Positions 62,713-64,000 of a stretch of DNA of 64,000 nucleotides are shown here, one piece after another. The position numbers and the translations under genes were made by a program. The stretch is from a candidate division WOR-3 bacterium. Its GTDB lineage: Bacteria; Hydrothermota; Tepidihabitantia; B3-TA06. Position 1 is the first letter of the stretch. Every line of letters starts with the position of its first letter. The stretch is from positions 296,911 to 360,910 of the forward strand of contig CBFGKC010000001.1 of the NCBI GenBank assembly GCA_965649265.1, in the 5' to 3' direction. The notes beneath the pieces were generated by a model. The model had not been told where the DNA came from, did no database searches, and saw only the letters and a program-made list of their open reading frames with translations.

Positions 62713-63804
62713 ATGAATGGAAAGATAACCCTCTCCGTCATCAAGGCCGATATCGGTGGGTACGTAGGTCACTCGTCATCTCATCCTGAGGTGATGGCAA
62801 AGGCCGAAGCCCTGCTCGATGCAGCCAAACGTGACGGCAAGATAATAGATTTTTCCGTACTTGCCTGCGGTGACGATCTTGAATTAATAATGACGCATAC
62901 CAAGGGCGTTGACAATGACGCTGTTCACAAGCTTGCCTGGGACATATTCGTTGAAGGCACAGAGGTAGCAAAGAAACTCAAGCTGTATGGTGCAGGACAG
63001 GACCTTCTGGCCGACGCTTTCTCGGGAAACGTCAAGGGTATGGGACCCGGATGCGCGGAGATGGAGATAGAGGAACGCAAGAGCGAACCTGTGTTAATCT
63101 TCATGGCCGACAAGACCTCTCCCGGGGCTTGGAATTATCCCTTGTACAAGATATTCGCCGATCCCTTCAACACCGCCGGCCTCGTAATCGATCAGACCAT
63201 GCACGACGGCTTCATCTTCGAGGTAAGCGATCCCTATGCAGGCAAGATGGTAAAACTGTCCACACCTGAGGAGAGTTACGATCTCCTTGCTCTCATCGGG
63301 AGCCACGAGCATTACATCATCGACGCCATCTACAAGAAGGATGGTACGATAGCGGCAAAAGCCTCGACCCAGAAGCTTGCCCTAATCGCCGGCAAGTACG
63401 TGGGCAAGGACGACCCCGTCCTGATCGTACGTGCCCAGTCCGGCCTTCCCGCGGTCGGCGAGGTGATGGAGCCGTTCAGCTTCCCACACATCGTCTCCGG
63501 ATGGATGCGCGGTTCACACAACGGCCCCATAATGCCTGTGAGCTTCAAACAGGCGACGCCTACACGTTTTGACGGCCCTCCTCGCGTGATAGCGGCAGGA
63601 TTCCAGCTTGCCGAGGGCAAGCTTATCGGACCTCGTGACATGTTCGACGACCCGTCGTATGATCGCTCACGTGCAATGGCGAACGAGATTGCCGACTACA
63701 TGCGCCGTCATGGTCCGTTTGAACCGGGAAGGCTGCCCAAGGAAGACATGGAATACACAACACTTCCGCACGTGCTTGAGAAGCTTAAGGGCAGGTTCTC
63801 CTAG
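62713..63804 (+). CDS. fbp: fructose-1,6-bisphosphate aldolase/phosphatase (class V, archaeal-type bifunctional)
   Basis: ITLSVIKADIGGYVGHSSSHPE at the N-terminus, ~363 aa, and conserved blocks throughout (MADKTSPGAWN, GWMRGSHNGPIMPV). Confidence 0.88.
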   Translation: MNGKITLSVIKADIGGYVGHSSSHPEVMAKAEALLDAAKRDGKIIDFSVLACGDDLELIMTHTKGVDNDAVHKLAWDIFVEGTEVAKKLKLYGAGQDLLADAFSGNVKGMGPGCAEMEIEERKSEPVLIFMADKTSPGAWNYPLYKIFADPFNTAGLVIDQTMHDGFIFEVSDPYAGKMVKLSTPEESYDLLALIGSHEHYIIDAIYKKDGTIAAKASTQKLALIAGKYVGKDDPVLIVRAQSGLPAVGEVMEPFSFPHIVSGWMRGSHNGPIMPVSFKQATPTRFDGPPRVIAAGFQLAEGKLIGPRDMFDDPSYDRSRAMANEIADYMRRHGPFEPGRLPKEDMEYTTLPHVLEKLKGRFS

Positions 63805-64000
63805 TGTTTTCAAGGAAGAACGTCCGGTCTGCGGCCGCAAAGAAGCTTGAACTCGAAGAAGGCTTGTGGCTAAAGTGCGAAAGCTGCGGGGAGATACTTT
63901 ACCGCCGCGAGCTTGAGCAGGCATACTGGATATGCCCGAAGTGTAATTTCCACTTCAGGGTAGGCCATAAAACTTATATAAAGTTACTTCTCGACGAAGA
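63805..64000 (+). CDS. accD: acetyl-CoA carboxylase carboxyltransferase beta subunit, N-terminal part (runs off the window)
   Basis: GTG immediately after the fbp stop. EGLWLKCESCGEILYRRELEQAYWICPKCNFHFRVG is the AccD zinc-finger N-terminus. Confidence 0.8.

Noticed and set aside
1-64000. Searched for CRISPR arrays, IS elements, rRNA genes and classical defence genes.
   Set aside because: No spaced arrays of three or more repeats, no transposase-like ORFs or inverted terminal repeats, no rRNA-like sequence, and no nuclease/ATPase defence signatures were seen. The only exact long repeat is the two-copy 42-mer, which is reported as a finding.

Overview
This 64-kb chromosomal window comes from a moderately GC-rich diderm bacterium. 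It is probably an uncultivated FCB-superphylum-like lineage: five proteins end in T9SS-type C-terminal sorting domains and a PorV/PorQ-like barrel is present. I support about 58 protein genes and 3 tRNAs (Leu-GAG, Gly-CCC, Gln-CTG). There is no rRNA, no CRISPR array, no transposase, and no integrase other than a housekeeping-looking XerD.

Gene content by region:
- 2.4-5.3 kb: methyl-cycle genes metK and ahcY plus an OsmC-family gene.
- 5.5-7.6 kb, 35.9-43.2 kb and 61.4-62.6 kb: polysaccharide and envelope genes. The middle block contains an unusual cluster of a glycerol-1-phosphate-dehydrogenase-like gene, a LicC-like cytidylyltransferase and two CDP-alcohol phosphotransferases.
- 9.0-16.6 kb: an outer-membrane trio of a TonB-dependent-receptor-like protein, a 1102-aa CTD protein and a PorV-like barrel.
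- 16.8-21.3 kb: a TolC/MacA/MacB-type efflux operon.
- 22.6-25.3 kb: a beta-CASP RNase, xerD and a zincin-like protein.
- 26.3-28.6 kb: an AT-rich C25 (gingipain-like) peptidase cassette next to tRNA-Leu, bracketed by a 42-bp direct repeat that duplicates a promoter.
- 30.4-31.8 kb: a HAMP adenylate cyclase.
- 33.5-35.7 kb: an LptF/LptG pair.
- 53.5-64.0 kb: trmO, a PAP2 phosphatase, an FmdB zinc ribbon, a HEAT-repeat protein, the archaeal-type FBP aldolase/phosphatase, and the start of accD.

The most unusual region is the all-minus-strand array at 43-53 kb. It contains a cytoplasmic YkuD-fold plus peptidoglycan-binding-like protein. That gene is followed by a tandem duplication of its C-terminal module together with a separately promoted small gene (one orphan copy), and then by four tandem paralogous GCC-lipobox lipoproteins. 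A third YkuD/PG-binding homologue sits at the left edge of the window.

Two genome-style signals recur:
- Very canonical TTGACA-N16/17-TATAxT promoters sit only 5-7 nt upstream of start codons at ten or more genes, which implies leaderless mRNAs.
- CCCCCCTCCCCC-type C-tracts lie just 3' of stop codons.

All functional calls come from motif reading by eye. No database searches were run.
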